Assembly: GCA_038496445.1 (NCBI GenBank)
Contig: JALMLS010000548.1
Location: forward strand, 192,586 to 256,585
Reading direction: 5' to 3'
DNA from: Trichosphaerium sp. ATCC 40318
Taxonomy: Eukaryota; Protista; Tubulinea
DNA: 64,000 nucleotides
Positions 24,948 to 41,070 of this stretch are shown one piece after another. The position numbers and the translations under genes were made by a program. How positions within the stretch are numbered: position 1 is the stretch's first letter; each line of letters starts with the position of its first letter. The notes below the pieces were generated by a model, which searched no databases, was not told the origin of the DNA, and saw only the letters and a program-made list of their open reading frames with translations.

Positions 24948-27138
24948 ATGCAACAGCTATTGTTTATACTAGCATTGTGTCTATCACTAGTGCTTTCAGC
25001 GTCTATAGAAGTATCTGGCAAGCTCGGGGACGTATCTTGTTCTGGAACAAACCCAAATGTTGGAGTATGCGCTACAGCACCTGCTTTTGCGAGCACCCTC
25101 ACCTTAGGTGGCTCAAACTCTGGTTTTTCGGCTGCATGCAACAAGTACAATTGCAAATGAATCAAACCACCTTACAACGTATTTAGAACATCAATGAGTG
25201 CCAATTGGATAAGTAAAGACGTTGTAGCTCCAGAAGATGGTTTTTACTATTTCTCAGGTAAGAAACCGACCAAATTACGCTGCCAGATACAGTAAACTAA
25301 TTAAAATGACCTTAGTGAAGTTCACTCACCTACTAAATGAGGCAATGACTGTAGCAGTTTACTCAGACAGCTTTGACTGTGCTAACCCTTGCAACAACGT
25401 AGCGTGGGCTCAACGCGCTTATGAAACGACTTTCGGGACAAATGGTACGTATTTTGCGTAGCACAGTCTCTTAACTGTATTTTCCTCTAGTACTCAACAC
25501 AGAAGGAACATTTTTCCTCCCGACAGGTAGTTACAAGGTTATTTTCTCATATGATCCACAAGCTGTGAATACAACAAAACCAGAAGATGGAACTAGCGGA
25601 TTCCAAGGTGTCTTTGTAGCTTCAGTTAAGCCTGTTTCTTCTCAGTTTATTAAGTCATACAACTCATCTTCAACAAAATACGAACTACCTCAACTCTCTG
25701 GAATGTCTAGTTGTGTATCTAACAGACCAGCTGTAACACATGTATTTACACCTACAGAGACTAAAACATATTGGCTACAATTCACTGGTAACGTCCAAGC
25801 TTCAAAGTGCGTATTTTTTTTTCTGCCTTTTTTGTTTACAATTAATCGTCTTTAGCACTTCGCAATTTGGACAATCACAAGGATTGTATTCACCAACTGA
25901 TGATCGTATATTGGGTCAAAACATCGTTGTAGTTTTAGAGAATGCTACATTGGAGTCAAGTTCTTGTGGGTGTACATTGGAACCTGCATGTGGGGCGCTG
26001 GTTAATGATACTGATTTGAGTGTATGTTCTTTCTTGGATTTTTGATAAAACTGAAACAATGTTTACCCTGAGCAATATCTCATACTTTTTTTTTAGAGCG
26101 AAGACATCTACTCCTACGACTTGACAGCTGGTGTAGAATACACATTTGTGTTCCGTATTTTCGGTTTTGTGGAGAACGGTACAGGCCTTTTTTTGTCAAA
26201 ATTTAAACTGACAGGAAACTATAAAGGAACAATCGGCTTTAGGATAGTTGAGAGATTTCCAGTTGTACCTACAGCTCCAGTCGCTCCTCCAACAACTGAA
26301 GTGCCAACATCTTCTTGTAGCTGGATATTTCTCTTAGGAGACGTAATGGTACGAGAACACAACTTTCAACCAAGTGCTATCGCCTCAAATCTTTTGGACT
26401 TGAATGATCTAACTTTTACTAGAACTATGCAAGACCTGAATTCGTTGAAGGAAAAGTAACTGAACAATGTATAGCTGGTTCACAACAAGTGTGGGACGCT
26501 TTTGTAAGAACTTCAGTGTTTAACTAAGGTTCTAATCTTGTTATTTTGAAAATAGGCGTTAGCACAAACTGCAGGTTACCACATATGGACACCTTTCAAT
26601 ATAGTCGCTCAAACAAACTGTGCAGATCCCGTTGATATGGTATTTGCTCTTTACAAAGGCGACTTAGTTCCTACAAACCGTAACTTTAGGTATGTCACTC
26701 ACTAAGCCATTTCTTCTTTTTTTGAGAAATAATTCTGACTTATTACATCATAGCACCGCACCAACACCTTGTTCTGCTTCATTCTTGAAAATCTCACATG
26801 GCCTTCCTTTGTCTACTTATGTTCAACAAGATGAATTTCATACTTTACTAGTAACAAATGCTACTGGCGGAGTTGCTGATCAAGTTTGGTTACTATCACA
26901 AGATACTGCTCCAGCAATTGGTTGTTTCCCAGCAGCGCCTGAGCCAACAGCCCCACCAACAACACCGGTACCTCCAACGGCTCCTACAACGCCTACAACG
27001 CCTACCACACCTACAATGCCAGTAGCGCCAATAATGCCAGCATCTCCAACAGCTCCAATAGCTCCTAGTGGTAGCACTAGCTTAAAAGCCTTTGGCCCAT
27101 TACTTGTATTGCTTCTTGTTGCATTTTCTGTTTTGTAA
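24948..27138 (+). CDS. Cys-rich cell-surface protein with signal peptide, beta-rich domains, Pro/Thr stalks and probable GPI-anchor signal
   Basis: MQQLLFILALCLSLVLS leader, PTAP/PTT repeats, and C-terminal SGSTSLKAFGPLLVLLLVAFSVL with no cytosolic tail. Confidence 0.75.
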
Positions 27139-27379
27139 AGTCTTTACGAATAAAGAAAAGAGTTGATTCTTCTGCTGAACAAATGCTTGGCTGAGCTGAA
27201 TGAGACAACCATAAACAATCCGAGTTTACCTACACGAGCTCATGGACTTAACCCAAAAAACATAGTGCTCAGGATCGTTTTCTTTTTTGGGTTGAGAAGA
27301 TTTTGTAGTCAAAACTTGTCTACGTTCCTTTTGCGACGCATCAGCTAGCCCAATTGTAGGTACACGGTAATAATATTAG

Positions 27380-28221
27380 ATGTCTAAGTAAGAACTGTTT
27401 ACCGAATTTCTACTAACCGCAAACCACGTGATAGTGCTAAACAGAGATTTTTGGACTTGCCACCCGAGATTTTGGCGCGTATTTTACGACAAACGACCAC
27501 AGCACGATTTGCGGCTTGTCAGACGTGTCACCTACTCTGTTCTATCATTCACGACGTTATTGGGTACCATAAAATTAAGATATCACCTGAACAAACCAAA
27601 ACAGTCGTAAAACATGCTGGTATTCTTAGAAACACATATATCATATTAGATGCTGACTTTAATGATGATCTCATCAAAGAATTCGCTGGTGTTCGCATGA
27701 TTTACCTACAGGGTATTTATATTACAGATGAAGGAGTTAAGGTGTTAGCACTTTCTGGAGTTCAAAGAATTGTACTTAAAAATACTTTTATAACTGATGA
27801 AAGTCTAATAGCGCTTGCTGGTATCTATGAGATAGACCTTTCAAACACTTCAGTAACAGATAAGGGCATCAAAGCGCTAAGAGGTGTCCACACTATATGT
27901 CTCTATTGCACAGATGTGACAGATGAAGGTGTTAAAGCACTCTCGGGTGTTCATACAATAAATGTCTCTTATACTGCTGTGACAGATGAAGGGATCACTG
28001 CACTCAAAGGTGTTCACAATATTAATGTATCAGGTACATCAGTGACAGATGAAGGCATACGAGCACTCAGAAGCGTTCATACAATAAATGTTTCACATAC
28101 TTCTGTGACAGATGAAGGAATCAAATCACTCACTGGCATTCATACCATCTTCGCATTTAGTGCTTGTGTAACGAGGAAATGTGTTAAAGAACATCCTAGT
28201 ATTTGTGACTATTTTCTGTAG
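27380..28221 (+). CDS. F-box + leucine-rich repeat protein (22-aa repeats)
   Basis: Short first exon ATG-TCT-AA at 27380 spliced to give MSKFLDLPPEILARIL (F-box-like). About seven repeats of VTDEGIxAL.GVHTIN.S.T. Confidence 0.8.
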
Positions 28222-28755
28222 TAAAGTCAGCATTACTGGAACCTAAATTTACTCCTGTTGTAGCCCTCAAATCTCAGTGTATTTTACTTCGGTTTGTGGT
28301 AAGACTAAATTGCTGGCAAATACGCAATGGCTACAGTAGCAAACAGTTGTTACTTCTGTTCATTTATAGTTTCGTTTGCGTGTCCACGTGACTTTGCAAA
28401 GTAAAAAGTTCAGGTTAGCAAGTCTCTCGCAAACTTTGTCTCGTAGGTTGACTGATGCAGTGAAGCTTTGAGACAGGTTGCAGTGTTGCAATCAAAGGTT
28501 GGTAAACAACCGTTTCTTTTCTAACTGCCAAATTTCGAAGTTGCTTTTCTTTTTTCCTTTTCACCATCTGTTCACGGGTAGATAGGGGTTGCTAACTTGT
28601 GTGTTGTGATTTGGCTTTAATTTACAGTATATTACATTTGCTTATCTTTGTACAAGGTATTAGTTTTCACCCTTTTTTTTTCTCTTCGGCTTGATGCTAT
28701 GTTTCATTTTTTATTTGCTTCGCACTTCTTTCCTTCTTCGCTATGTTATTGCGCA

Positions 28756-31039
<2,284 letters not shown>

Positions 31040-31675
31040 CGCGTTCCAAACGACCCTGGGAGTTCTCGAATAATTAAATAACTCAGTTTTGGCGTATCGT
31101 TTGTTGCTTGCGCTGCGTATTTAGCGACTTCAATGAATTTTGCTTTGCCTTTGGCTTAGAACGCAGCTTAAACTCAATTCGGACGCAGTCAATTGTAATG
31201 AACAAATACCTGCTATTACTGCAGGGTTATTTGTAAGTAGAATTACAGACATAAGAAAAATTGCACGTGCAGTCACTGTAATGCTGTTAGACGTCACTAC
31301 TTTCAAATGAACACAAACGCTTTTGGTGCTAACTTGGTGACGTTCTACAGAAGTTATCTTTGCCTCGCTACGCAGGCCAACCTCATTTGGGTTTAAGCGG
31401 GATATTCAATGTAAGTGTCAGATTTGACAATGATGGTCGAAGATGTATAGGATAGTACATCTATCGCGTGTTCGCGCGTTGTCAGTTAATGTCAGAAGTG
31501 TAGCGAGTGAAACGCGTTTGAAGCAAGCACAAGACAGAGAAATATAGCGAAATCCATCTAACAAGGAGTAGGTACGCGCATGTAAAGACTCGTTATGTGA
31601 GTACCACAACGTTGTGGCCCAGAACGACCAAGAGTCTATCAAATCACACTAATACTGCTCTACAAAGTTGGTGTC

Positions 31676-34600
31676 ATGCTTTTTGTAAAAATGTGAGGTT
31701 ATTTGTTGTAAAACATCATCTAATAGCTTAGCAGACGCCTAGTGAGTATAGAGATACGGTAGAACGAGATTTGATGGAGTCTGCTACCCAAGGTAACTAT
31801 ACATCGTTTAAAGCGATCAATGCACCATCCTACGCGTAGGGATACTAAAAATATGACTAGCACCTACAATGGACGACATTAATGCATCAATGAAATTTGT
31901 AGAAGCACTACGTGGTTATCCTAACGTTATTTTCGCTAAAGAATGCTGGACAAAGAGGGCTACCCAAGTACTAAAACTGACACATGACTTCTGTTTTTTA
32001 ATTAGCACATAGCTCTTTGCTACCACGGCAAAGATTGGTGTAGTTGAGAAAACGAGAAGACGTGATGAAGTAGATCATACTTTATTGTATACTGAGCACG
32101 TACCGCTTCGTTCTTTGTTGCCTCAAGGCATTGTTTTTATACAAGGTGAAAAGAATAGATTGTTCTTTTATTGGTTTGTTTTGTTCACTGTTCGTAGAGA
32201 GTAAGACGGCAAAAGATATGCAATTAGTTTTGTATGGTATGAAGAAATTTTTTGACAAAGACGCTGACAGTTTTGCTCTTCGAGACTTCGAAGCAGGTGC
32301 AGATAATTACTTGCTACTATTTTTTAAAGTCTTTTGTATAGGTCAATTCTCGTCTCTTATGGTTACGAAGAGGGTTGATGGTGAGTTGTGCCAAGTCTCT
32401 GTATTACCAAATGGAAGCACTTGGGTTATAGGATCAAAATATCGTAAACTAGCAATGAGAAACACTGATGCAATACATGACTACAAAAAAGATAAAACTT
32501 ACTTGCCTGCTGTGAATATGTCAACAGCCTTTTTTGATTACTTGTCGGAAATAGGTAAAGATAAAACAGAGGTACACACAACAGAGTCTATTCCTTTACA
32601 GTGTTTTACCAAGCCTCTAAACACCTCTAAACAGGAACTGCTCAAGTTTTTGCACTTGACACGACTCACACTTAACTTTGCTTTTGAAACACCTAAACGA
32701 CAACGTGTGATATTGACAAAAAAGAATGCATTAACGCTTGTTGGTTTGTCTGGTATTCACCATACCAATAACATGGTTCATCCTCTAACATGTACTTATT
32801 TTAATGTTGATATTACACGTGTTGTACCTTTTCCTGATTTTATTTTTTAGGTAAAGGATTTGGTGATTACTTTGGTATGGAGCACGCTATACAAGATGAA
32901 AAAGTATATTCACCTGTACGCTTTTTGCACGTGCTTAAAGAGAACCATCTGACTTTCAAACATCAGGCTGATTTGCAAAGTATATTCGAATCAACAGCTT
33001 CTAACTGGGGAACTATGGGTGCTGTTATTGTATCACTCGATGGAGATATGGTTCCTTTAAATATGCTACAAGTGCGAAGCCACCATTTTACTATAGACTC
33101 ACAATTCAACCAAGGTAAGAAGCAAGTGGTATATCTGGCAACAAATGCTACGAGAAAACCTCATTGCATCAGCAAAGACTGATCCATCCAGCAATGCAGC
33201 TAGGAATTTGATTACACTTGATTTATGTAATAACATACACAAACATGAGACGAAGGTAAATATGCTTAAAGAAGAAACTGATACTTTGGTATCTCTTGGA
33301 GTCAACTTTGCAAAAGACATGCTATCTCAAGCTGCAAGCAACAAAGTGTCTCTAGCAAAGCTGAAAGTTCAAGAAACTTTTCCAGAACACTGGAATCGGT
33401 TTTTAGAACGTAGGAGTCTTCCTGGTGATGTATTACTTCTCAGTAAAGAAGTAGAGGTAGCAGATTGGCAAAGCTCTTTTGAAACAAAAGAGTTACCTTT
33501 GTTAGTTGTTATTCAAGGGATACCTGGTATTGGAAAGACATTAGTCGCTAATAAAGTGGTTGCTTTGCTTAAAGAACATGGTATAATATCTATGGCTTCC
33601 ACTCCAGATGACTATGCATTCATGACAGAGGGAGTACGTAATTAGGACGCTCTTTTAAAACTCCATATTCTAACACATTTGTTAGACAAGAAGAACAGCT
33701 ACTGTCAAGATGATAAAAGAAACGATTCTGAGGTAGTGCAAATAAAGAACCGATTTTCCTGTTGCTCATTCTTATTCACAAGGAACAAGAAAGCTAAGGT
33801 GATAATATTGGCTAGAAATGTAACTGTAAATATGAAAGGTTCAGCGTATTTAACTTTAGAAAGAGAGCGATTATGCAGGGCACTCTTTATCTCACCCGAA
33901 GATCACAATACGCGACATTTGGAGTACCTTTATATGGCCATGGTTTCAATGGTACATAGAAAGCACCTAAATGAATCACATCCTACAAGTACGCACTAGT
34001 TGACAATGTGAAGTAGCGCTTTTTCTTCTCTGGCATATCTCGTTATTTTCTTATTTTTATCTAGATACTTACGACTTGCCTTTTGCTGCATCTCTACCTT
34101 TCAAATACGCACCTGTATTTGATACACATCCAGGATCATTTCCTGTAAAATTCTTAACGCCTGAATCTATACACGTGCCACACAAAGAAAAAATGCAACA
34201 AGTCTACAAACTTTGCGAGGTACGTAGTTGGTTAATAAAGTCCAACAAATACTACCACATTTCGACTTATTTTTTTGAAGAATCAAGGATTCCGAGGTGC
34301 ATCAGCATCACCAAGTGATATTGAAGATATGCAACTTTTGGATAAAGAAAATATTGCAAAGATTGTTCAGTCTGTTCATAGGCCAGTTGAGGATATCGGT
34401 AAAGATATAGTCTCAATAATACGTGATAATATAGCATCTGATATACCTCCTACACGTACATAATTATAAGCCTAGCCGTAAACCTTATAGTATCTATAGA
34501 CTCAGTTTTTGGTTTGGCTCTAAACTCCAATGCCGCCGATGCACTGCTAAGAGTTTGTGAGGGTGCAGGATTCATTGCACCTAAGGAGAATATAGTATCA

Positions 34601-35023
34601 ATGATACGCGTGTCTGATTATGAATCATATTTTGAGGATAAGGAGTTGTGGATAAAGGTACAAAGCACAAAACTATTGTTATTTATTTTTCTGTTTTTTC
34701 AAGAATGTAAGCAAGCTTGGTAGTACTTTCAGAGTATCAGTTACAAGCATCAAATACAACGACACAATGGCGCTTTTCACAGCGTATGTAAATAACAAAG
34801 AAGACAGTTCCCTAGAAGATGACAAAGTGCATTTTACAATAAGTCAGCCAGGTGAGTTTTAGATAAGTTATTTTTCATCGAAGCTAATCTACATGTTTTT
34901 TTTATTCAAGGTGTCAATTTACAAGCCATAAAAGCAGAGCTATACAAAGAAAAGGGTACTGTCAATGACCACAAAGTCGAGTTATCGTTTGAAAGCACAT
35001 TGCGATTGTTTTTAGACGAGTAA
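31676..35023 (+). CDS. Trl1-like tri-domain protein: Rnl1-type ligase-like + P-loop kinase + 2H phosphoesterase-like (start uncertain)
   Basis: TKRVDGELCQV...WVIGSKY resembles Trl1 motif I/Ia (TLKENG...VVCSKH). Walker A QGIPGIGKT. C-terminal HFT (2H motif). TAA at 35021-35023. Confidence 0.55.
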
Positions 35024-35108
35024 AATGTATGTACATAAAAGTATCATAAAATGAAGCTTTAGCGGTTTTTCACGTGTTTTGCTTTGAGTGTCAGTTACAA
35101 TATAAAAA

Positions 35109-35796
35109 TCAGTTATTTTGTATATTGAACGTTATCGTGCTTGTTGGTTGTGCTGTAGAACCTTGTTCTATTATTTGTGCCGTTTCTTGCTTGTATACCT
35201 CAACCAATTTGCTGGTACGCGTTATTATTGTTATTTGAGTATATTTGCGTACGTTTTACGTTCTAATTCTCTCATTAGTTCATCCTCAATCTTTTGTTGC
35301 TCTTCTGGGCTATATTCGGTACACGGAAGCTCCTCGATAGCGGCAGTTAGCATATTAACCTTCTCTGTATACGCTGCGATAGATTTTGAGATAGTAACGC
35401 TTTGCTCTTCATTAGACACGCTTTGGAGAATGTCTAGGAAGTCTGCAAGTAGGTTACATTCTATTATACTCGTTGATTGCATGTGAAAGCCGCTTGATTT
35501 TGAACTTTTGAAATGCGTTGAAATATCAATTCAAAAAAGTCAAAGAAAAACAACATTTGTAAACCTGTTCAACTGCTCGTTTGAACTGAAAGCAATAAGT
35601 ATCTTTGTAAAAAGAGGGTAATAGAACCGAACGTCATAGGACCTGGATTATTGCTTGCATATCCACGAGAAGCTCCTTCTTTGTCTTCCCAAATTTAACC
35701 AAGGAACGCAACCTGACGACTTGTTAGAGCGTTGACTAAGCTCATAATAGCATCAAGAATTTTAACACCATTATTCTGTGTAGGCAACGACTCCAT
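35109..35796 (-). CDS. Mediator subunit Med9/Med21-like (5' exons uncertain; could start at 35482)
   Basis: LLADFLDIL...EKVNMLTAAIEELPCTEYSPEEQQKIEDELMRELERKTKLVEVYK matches the Med9 pattern LP..xxSPEEQ...L...K. Confidence 0.55.
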
Positions 35797-36211
35797 TGTG
35801 TTTGGCAACTAAATTCTAGATTAGCATAAATTGTCTAAAGTCATGGCTCAGGAATTGCAATTTAATAGTAAAACACTTTTCTAAAAGACCCTCAGGACCT
35901 GTTCAGTACCAAGCACGTGATTTGTTGCAACTAGTAACAAGCAAAGTAGCTGTGCACAGATACCTCTAAGGCATAACTTACAGGTAATTTGTTGGCACAC
36001 ATCGCCCCTTTCTTACCTTTCACAAAAAAAAGAGTTCACAAACTTTCAGCATCTCGTACATCCTTTATGTTATTCTGTATGGTGTTGAACAGGTTCCAAT
36101 ACTGCTAACACAAAAGAATATTGTGTTGATACGTGTTATAGTAACTCATAGGAAAACTGTTCTAGTGCAAAATAATGTGCAACTAATTCCTACTTCGAAC
36201 TCAGTATTTAT

Positions 36212-37114
36212 TTACTTGTAGTAAGTTTCAAGTTTACTAAGACCCATCAAAAATAAACTCCCATAAATGGATCTAAACATAGCCACACTAGCTCCAGTAA
36301 ACAAAGCAGCAGGTCCCTCCTTTTGAATAATACTACCAAATAGTTTTACAGCACTTGGGTGGCCTATCTTTTCATCCACAGACATTCTCATACGTGTAGC
36401 AACAGTTGAGAATGGATAAACCAATAGAGAAGCAGATAGTGACACGCCATAGCCACAAAGAAAATTGATTGTAACATTGTCTTGTACAAAAGGATGGACA
36501 GAGTCGTATAATCCAAAGTACAGTCCTCTTTGTATCACAATACCAACACTTGCAGCCAAAAAACCTCTGTGTAGCCCAACAATACCATTTGCTCTGTAAA
36601 CCTTCTTGTACACATCCAACATCCCACTGTATTTACGCTTAGATCCCTTTGAAGCCAATACATCTCCATATATCTTTATTTTTACTACATCAAGTGACAC
36701 CAATGGTAGCATGCATAAACCAGAAAGACCACCAGTCACCAAATTAGCCAAAACGAAGACGGGGTAGCCATACTGTTGTTGCATCGAATATGCACCTTTC
36801 ATTGTTGATTTAAAGATAGGCCTCAGCACAACAGCAGAGGCTAGTTGCAAGGACTTTGATAGAGGTACAGTTATTGCACTCACAGAGTAACCTCTCCAAA
36901 ACTGTAGTAGTCCTTCATTGCGATAAACACTCTGGGTGCAATCAATTATACCCTTGTATGGTACTTTTAAGCGACTTGATTCGAGTAGCAAAGTATTACA
37001 TTGCAATAATGCTTGTACACGTGACATAGGCGACGTTGTTGCCTTCAATGCAAGTCCAGTAATTATAGGGGTTACTACGTCTTTGAACCCACGTGATCTT
37101 CTGCTATGTGCCAT
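36212..37114 (-). CDS. Intronless divergent mitochondrial carrier, ADP/ATP translocase-like
   Basis: 300-aa ORF with three carrier repeats: YKGIIDC...EGLLQFWRG, GIVIQRGLYFGLYD, YPFSTVATRMRMS. Confidence 0.85.
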   Translation of the reverse strand: MAHSRRSRGFKDVVTPIITGLALKATTSPMSRVQALLQCNTLLLESSRLKVPYKGIIDCTQSVYRNEGLLQFWRGYSVSAITVPLSKSLQLASAVVLRPIFKSTMKGAYSMQQQYGYPVFVLANLVTGGLSGLCMLPLVSLDVVKIKIYGDVLASKGSKRKYSGMLDVYKKVYRANGIVGLHRGFLAASVGIVIQRGLYFGLYDSVHPFVQDNVTINFLCGYGVSLSASLLVYPFSTVATRMRMSVDEKIGHPSAVKLFGSIIQKEGPAALFTGASVAMFRSIYGSLFLMGLSKLETYYK

Positions 37115-37257
37115 TGTCGCAACAGTAAACGATGAGTGTGGTTGTAAACAAGCTTCACTGTGAGTTCAGGCGAGAATTGGTTTGACAAATAACCTGCGCT
37201 GACTTGAAGGTTTTTTTTGTTTTTGCCTTCCATATTTTTAACAAATAATGTACATTG

Positions 37258-40200
37258 ATGGACACAGACGCTGTTAAGTATGTAGATGAGTTGATAGAGG
37301 ACTATCTACTGTTTCGTGGGTTTACTCAAGCGATAAAAGCTTTCCAAAACGAACGTAGAGGTGATAGAGTTCGCGGTTTTGAGGTTACAACGCTAATCAA
37401 AAATTTTTGAAGTAAATTAGCTTTGTAGGTGTCCAAAATAATAGCACAGCTCTTCACATATGTCCATACATATAAAATAGACGAACTAATGAATTTATGG
37501 AGTCATTTGTACAAAACATTTTTCTCTCGCTTAGAAGAGGTACAACTCAGCTAAAAATCGCGCATTCTACAATTTAACGCTTTACAAAAAAAAAACTTGA
37601 CATCTCAAATAGGACAGTGCCGTTACAGTGCAAAAACTAGAATTATCATTGCTACGGTACGATTTATTACTAGTTATTATGACGTTACGCCCTTTAAAAC
37701 CGAAAAAAAAGGTATTATGTAGTACACGCAATCCAAAACGATCAAAAACAAAAAGTAACAATCTTTTTCGAAAAACATGCAAACACTCTAGCCGAAAACA
37801 AACACTGGAAGGCACGTTTTTCACCCATTTTGCTTCTTTTTTTTCTCTATTTGGTTTTCTTTCTCTTTTCACGTACTGACGTTGTTGTCTATTTCTAGGC
37901 ATGGTTTGGTGAGTATTTTTGAGAATAGAGTCTATACTAACATTCCTGTGAGCTTTACCTTACATGAAGCATCCAGAAAACAGTCCAGCGTTCAAGATTT
38001 ATTTCGCTAAACAATGGGCTGACACTTTTTCAATGTCATTGAATAATTTCCTCACTACTGTTTTTAACAGCTTGTGTATCCTCCTCCAATTTACATATTT
38101 TATCATATAACAATATGGAAAGCTTTATATAATTTTCAAGCTACCTTCATTATCAGAAAACCAAGCTCTTCCGAACTGGATTACAATATTTTTTTGAAAA
38201 CTTTGTTTTTTTTTCTTCTTTCTTTTTGCTTCTTCGAACATCCCAAGTCATCTTGACAAACTTTTCAATAGTGTAGCTACACTTTGTATAAACCTCAAAA
38301 GGCGGTATTTTTACAATTGTTCTATCCTTGACAACTGTATCAGCTCTTCCTAAGATACTTAATTTCAACGTTGAAAGGAAAACTCGTAAAGCTATGGGAA
38401 GACAGATAGATGAGCTTCAAAATGAGAATGATATGCTTCGAACAAAAATTACTGAGCTAATGCGTGAAGTAGAAAAAAACAAGGTGAATGGGATAGTGAC
38501 TTAGACGGGACAACGGTTTTTTTGAAACAAAAAATTCTTGAAAAAAACAAAAAAAAAAGCGTACCTTAAACTTCTCATACCAAACTTAAACTTGTAAAAA
38601 ATTCCTTCCTCAAGATGGATGGACAGAGGTTTTAAATGCCGTGTGAGCGGCAACCCAATAAAACCAATATTTAGACAAACCATCACACTTCACAAAACCT
38701 CCATCTCGCCCTTGCTTGACGCTGAAAACACCAAACAAAAAAACTGAACAACCTTTTTTTTTTTTCATTTCTTTTACTGAAGACATGACCTTTTTTTTCT
38801 CAAATATTCACTTTATTTTCAAGGCACCTTCTTCTAACGCTGGCTGGGAATCACCTACAGTCACTTCACCAGAGACACCAAGAAAACACTTGGCTCAAAC
38901 TCGTACACAACAAGCACAAAGCTTTGTTAAAGCATCACGAAAGACAATCCAAATACAAGATGATTACCTGAATGCAAGAGACCCAAAACCAAGAAGTCAT
39001 TCAGCTAGGGCAGTATCCGCTAGAGCGCCTTTGAATAGCACGGAGTTTTGTAAGACCATGTTTCTTCCTAACTTCAACGTCCCTCAGCAAACCTCAGTTC
39101 AATGTGACTAATTATTTCTTTGTTAGTTCCAATCACAGCATCTTCATCACGTTCTAAAGATGATACCTCAATATCAATGTCTTCTCATAGAGACATATCA
39201 CAGTCACCCCGTTTCAATAAAATAAAGAATATTGTACGTAGTAACCTCAAAGCTCAAACCCAAAAACAAACAGATTGCTGTATTTAACGAAACTACAAGC
39301 GTGCCTTTAAGACAGGTTCTCCAGTGACTTGCTGTAAATTTTCTCCTAATGGCGCACATGCCGCTTCAGGGACTGAAGGAGGTGTGGTCAAGTAAGTAAT
39401 ATATCTAAAAGCTTAATTAATGTTGTGTGAAAGGGTTTGGTCTTTGGACTCTCACAGAGGCGATACTATTGAGCCTTCAACATTAGATGTTGATGAGATT
39501 TTATGTTTGGATTGGGAACCGAAGATGGCTCAACTTGTACGCCAATTTTTAAAGTTGTTTCGAGCGTACATGCCTTCTGGGAGGTTGCAAGAAGACAGTG
39601 AGTTACAACGTTAACAGATTTTTTATCATAGCTTCTATGCGGAACTTCAGGAGGTAAAGTGAAGTTATGGAGTGTAAATGGAGATACACAGTCATTAGAT
39701 ATTAAAGTGCAAGGACAAAATAGATAGTACGTTCGCTCTTATTGCCACACAAAAGATACCTGTTTATTTCTCATAACAAAAAAATCATCTGCGTCTTCAA
39801 AACGTCTTTTATCGTTCATGCTTACTTCACACCAAAAGCTGCTTTTTTGAATTTCGACTTTTTATTGATAAGTAATTGTAGTGTGCGTGATATAGCGTGT
39901 AGCCCCACTGGCGATATGTTTGCAGCTAGTGTTACACAAAAAAACAATACTGGTGTGATACTTCTGTACGATATTAAAGAAGCACGTATACAAGTACGAT
40001 TGAAATAGTAGTGACTTTCTTCTTTTTTTCTTATATTCGATCGCTAGCGAAGGATTGATGCCAATCCATCTCCTGGTACAAGTTGCTTTGTTTTTAATCG
40101 TAAAGGAACAATACTTGCTTGTGGAAGCTCAGACGGTATGGTTCGCGTAATAGACATTCGTAACGGCAAGGCATTGATGAGTTGGCAGTACGCCAAAAAA

Positions 40201-40947
40201 ATCTGCACAACTTTGGCTAAAAAACTTTCAGAGTTCATAGTAGCGAAGTTGGTAGCGTACAATTTTCACACGATGAAGTAGAAGTATTCTCAGCGGGACA
40301 CGACAATAAGGTAAAAATCCGCTCACGTGATCACACGTGTTTTAATTTGTTGAATTTTTTCTGTTTTAATGTTGTATTGTAGCTTGTAAAGTGGGATTTA
40401 CGTAAGACGCCGATACGCAAAAAAGCGAAGAGTAGGATAATTACCGAGTTTGAATATCAAGGGATGCATCATAGACCTAAAATGCCTCAGACACGCGGAA
40501 CAATAAGCCTTGATCGTTCAACTAAAGGAAAATACTTTGTTATAAACTCAAAGAATAACTACGGTTTAATCTTCCACAGCTCAAAGGCTAAACCAGTCGG
40601 AAAAGTACGCAGTCTTTCCAAACAAAAAAACATTCCAACTTTATTCTTTTTTCTGTGCTTCTAGGCAACAATCTACAGCTGTATGTCGTTACCTTGACAT
40701 ACGCAATAAGATACTCCATTGCCACAGAGTGGTTTAATTTTAACCTCCCATACAAGTCAATATTAACCATTTTAATCAAGACATTTCACATATTCTTATT
40801 TAATTCTACTTATTGTTTATTTACAAATTGTGTTAGGTGGGTACACATGACCAACCAGTAGTATGCGCCCAATGGCACCCAACGCAGAATGCCATTCTTA
40901 CAGGCTCAGCAGGAAGCAACCTCTGCTTGACTACTTTCGCATCATAA
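37258..40947 (+). CDS. WDR91: WD40 repeat protein WDR91
   Basis: N-terminal VDELIEDYLLFRGFTQAIKAFQNE...LW.HL...FFSRL, YFAKQWADTFSMSLNNFL, a coiled coil, then C-terminal WD40 repeats. TAA at 40945-40947. Confidence 0.85.
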
Positions 40948-41070
40948 AGAAAAAATGCATGGATCTTTTTTTTCATTATCTGCGCTGGCTGCCACCAGAT
41001 TATTACTGTACAATAAAAAAAGCCACTGGTTGGCTTCCTTCACATTATTTTTTTTTGGGTTCAGTTTAGA

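Noticed and set aside
31100-31670. Additional small gene between the zinc-finger and Trl1-like genes
   Set aside because: No consistent spliced frame could be built. Likely promoter or UTR sequence, although 5' exons of the downstream gene cannot be excluded.
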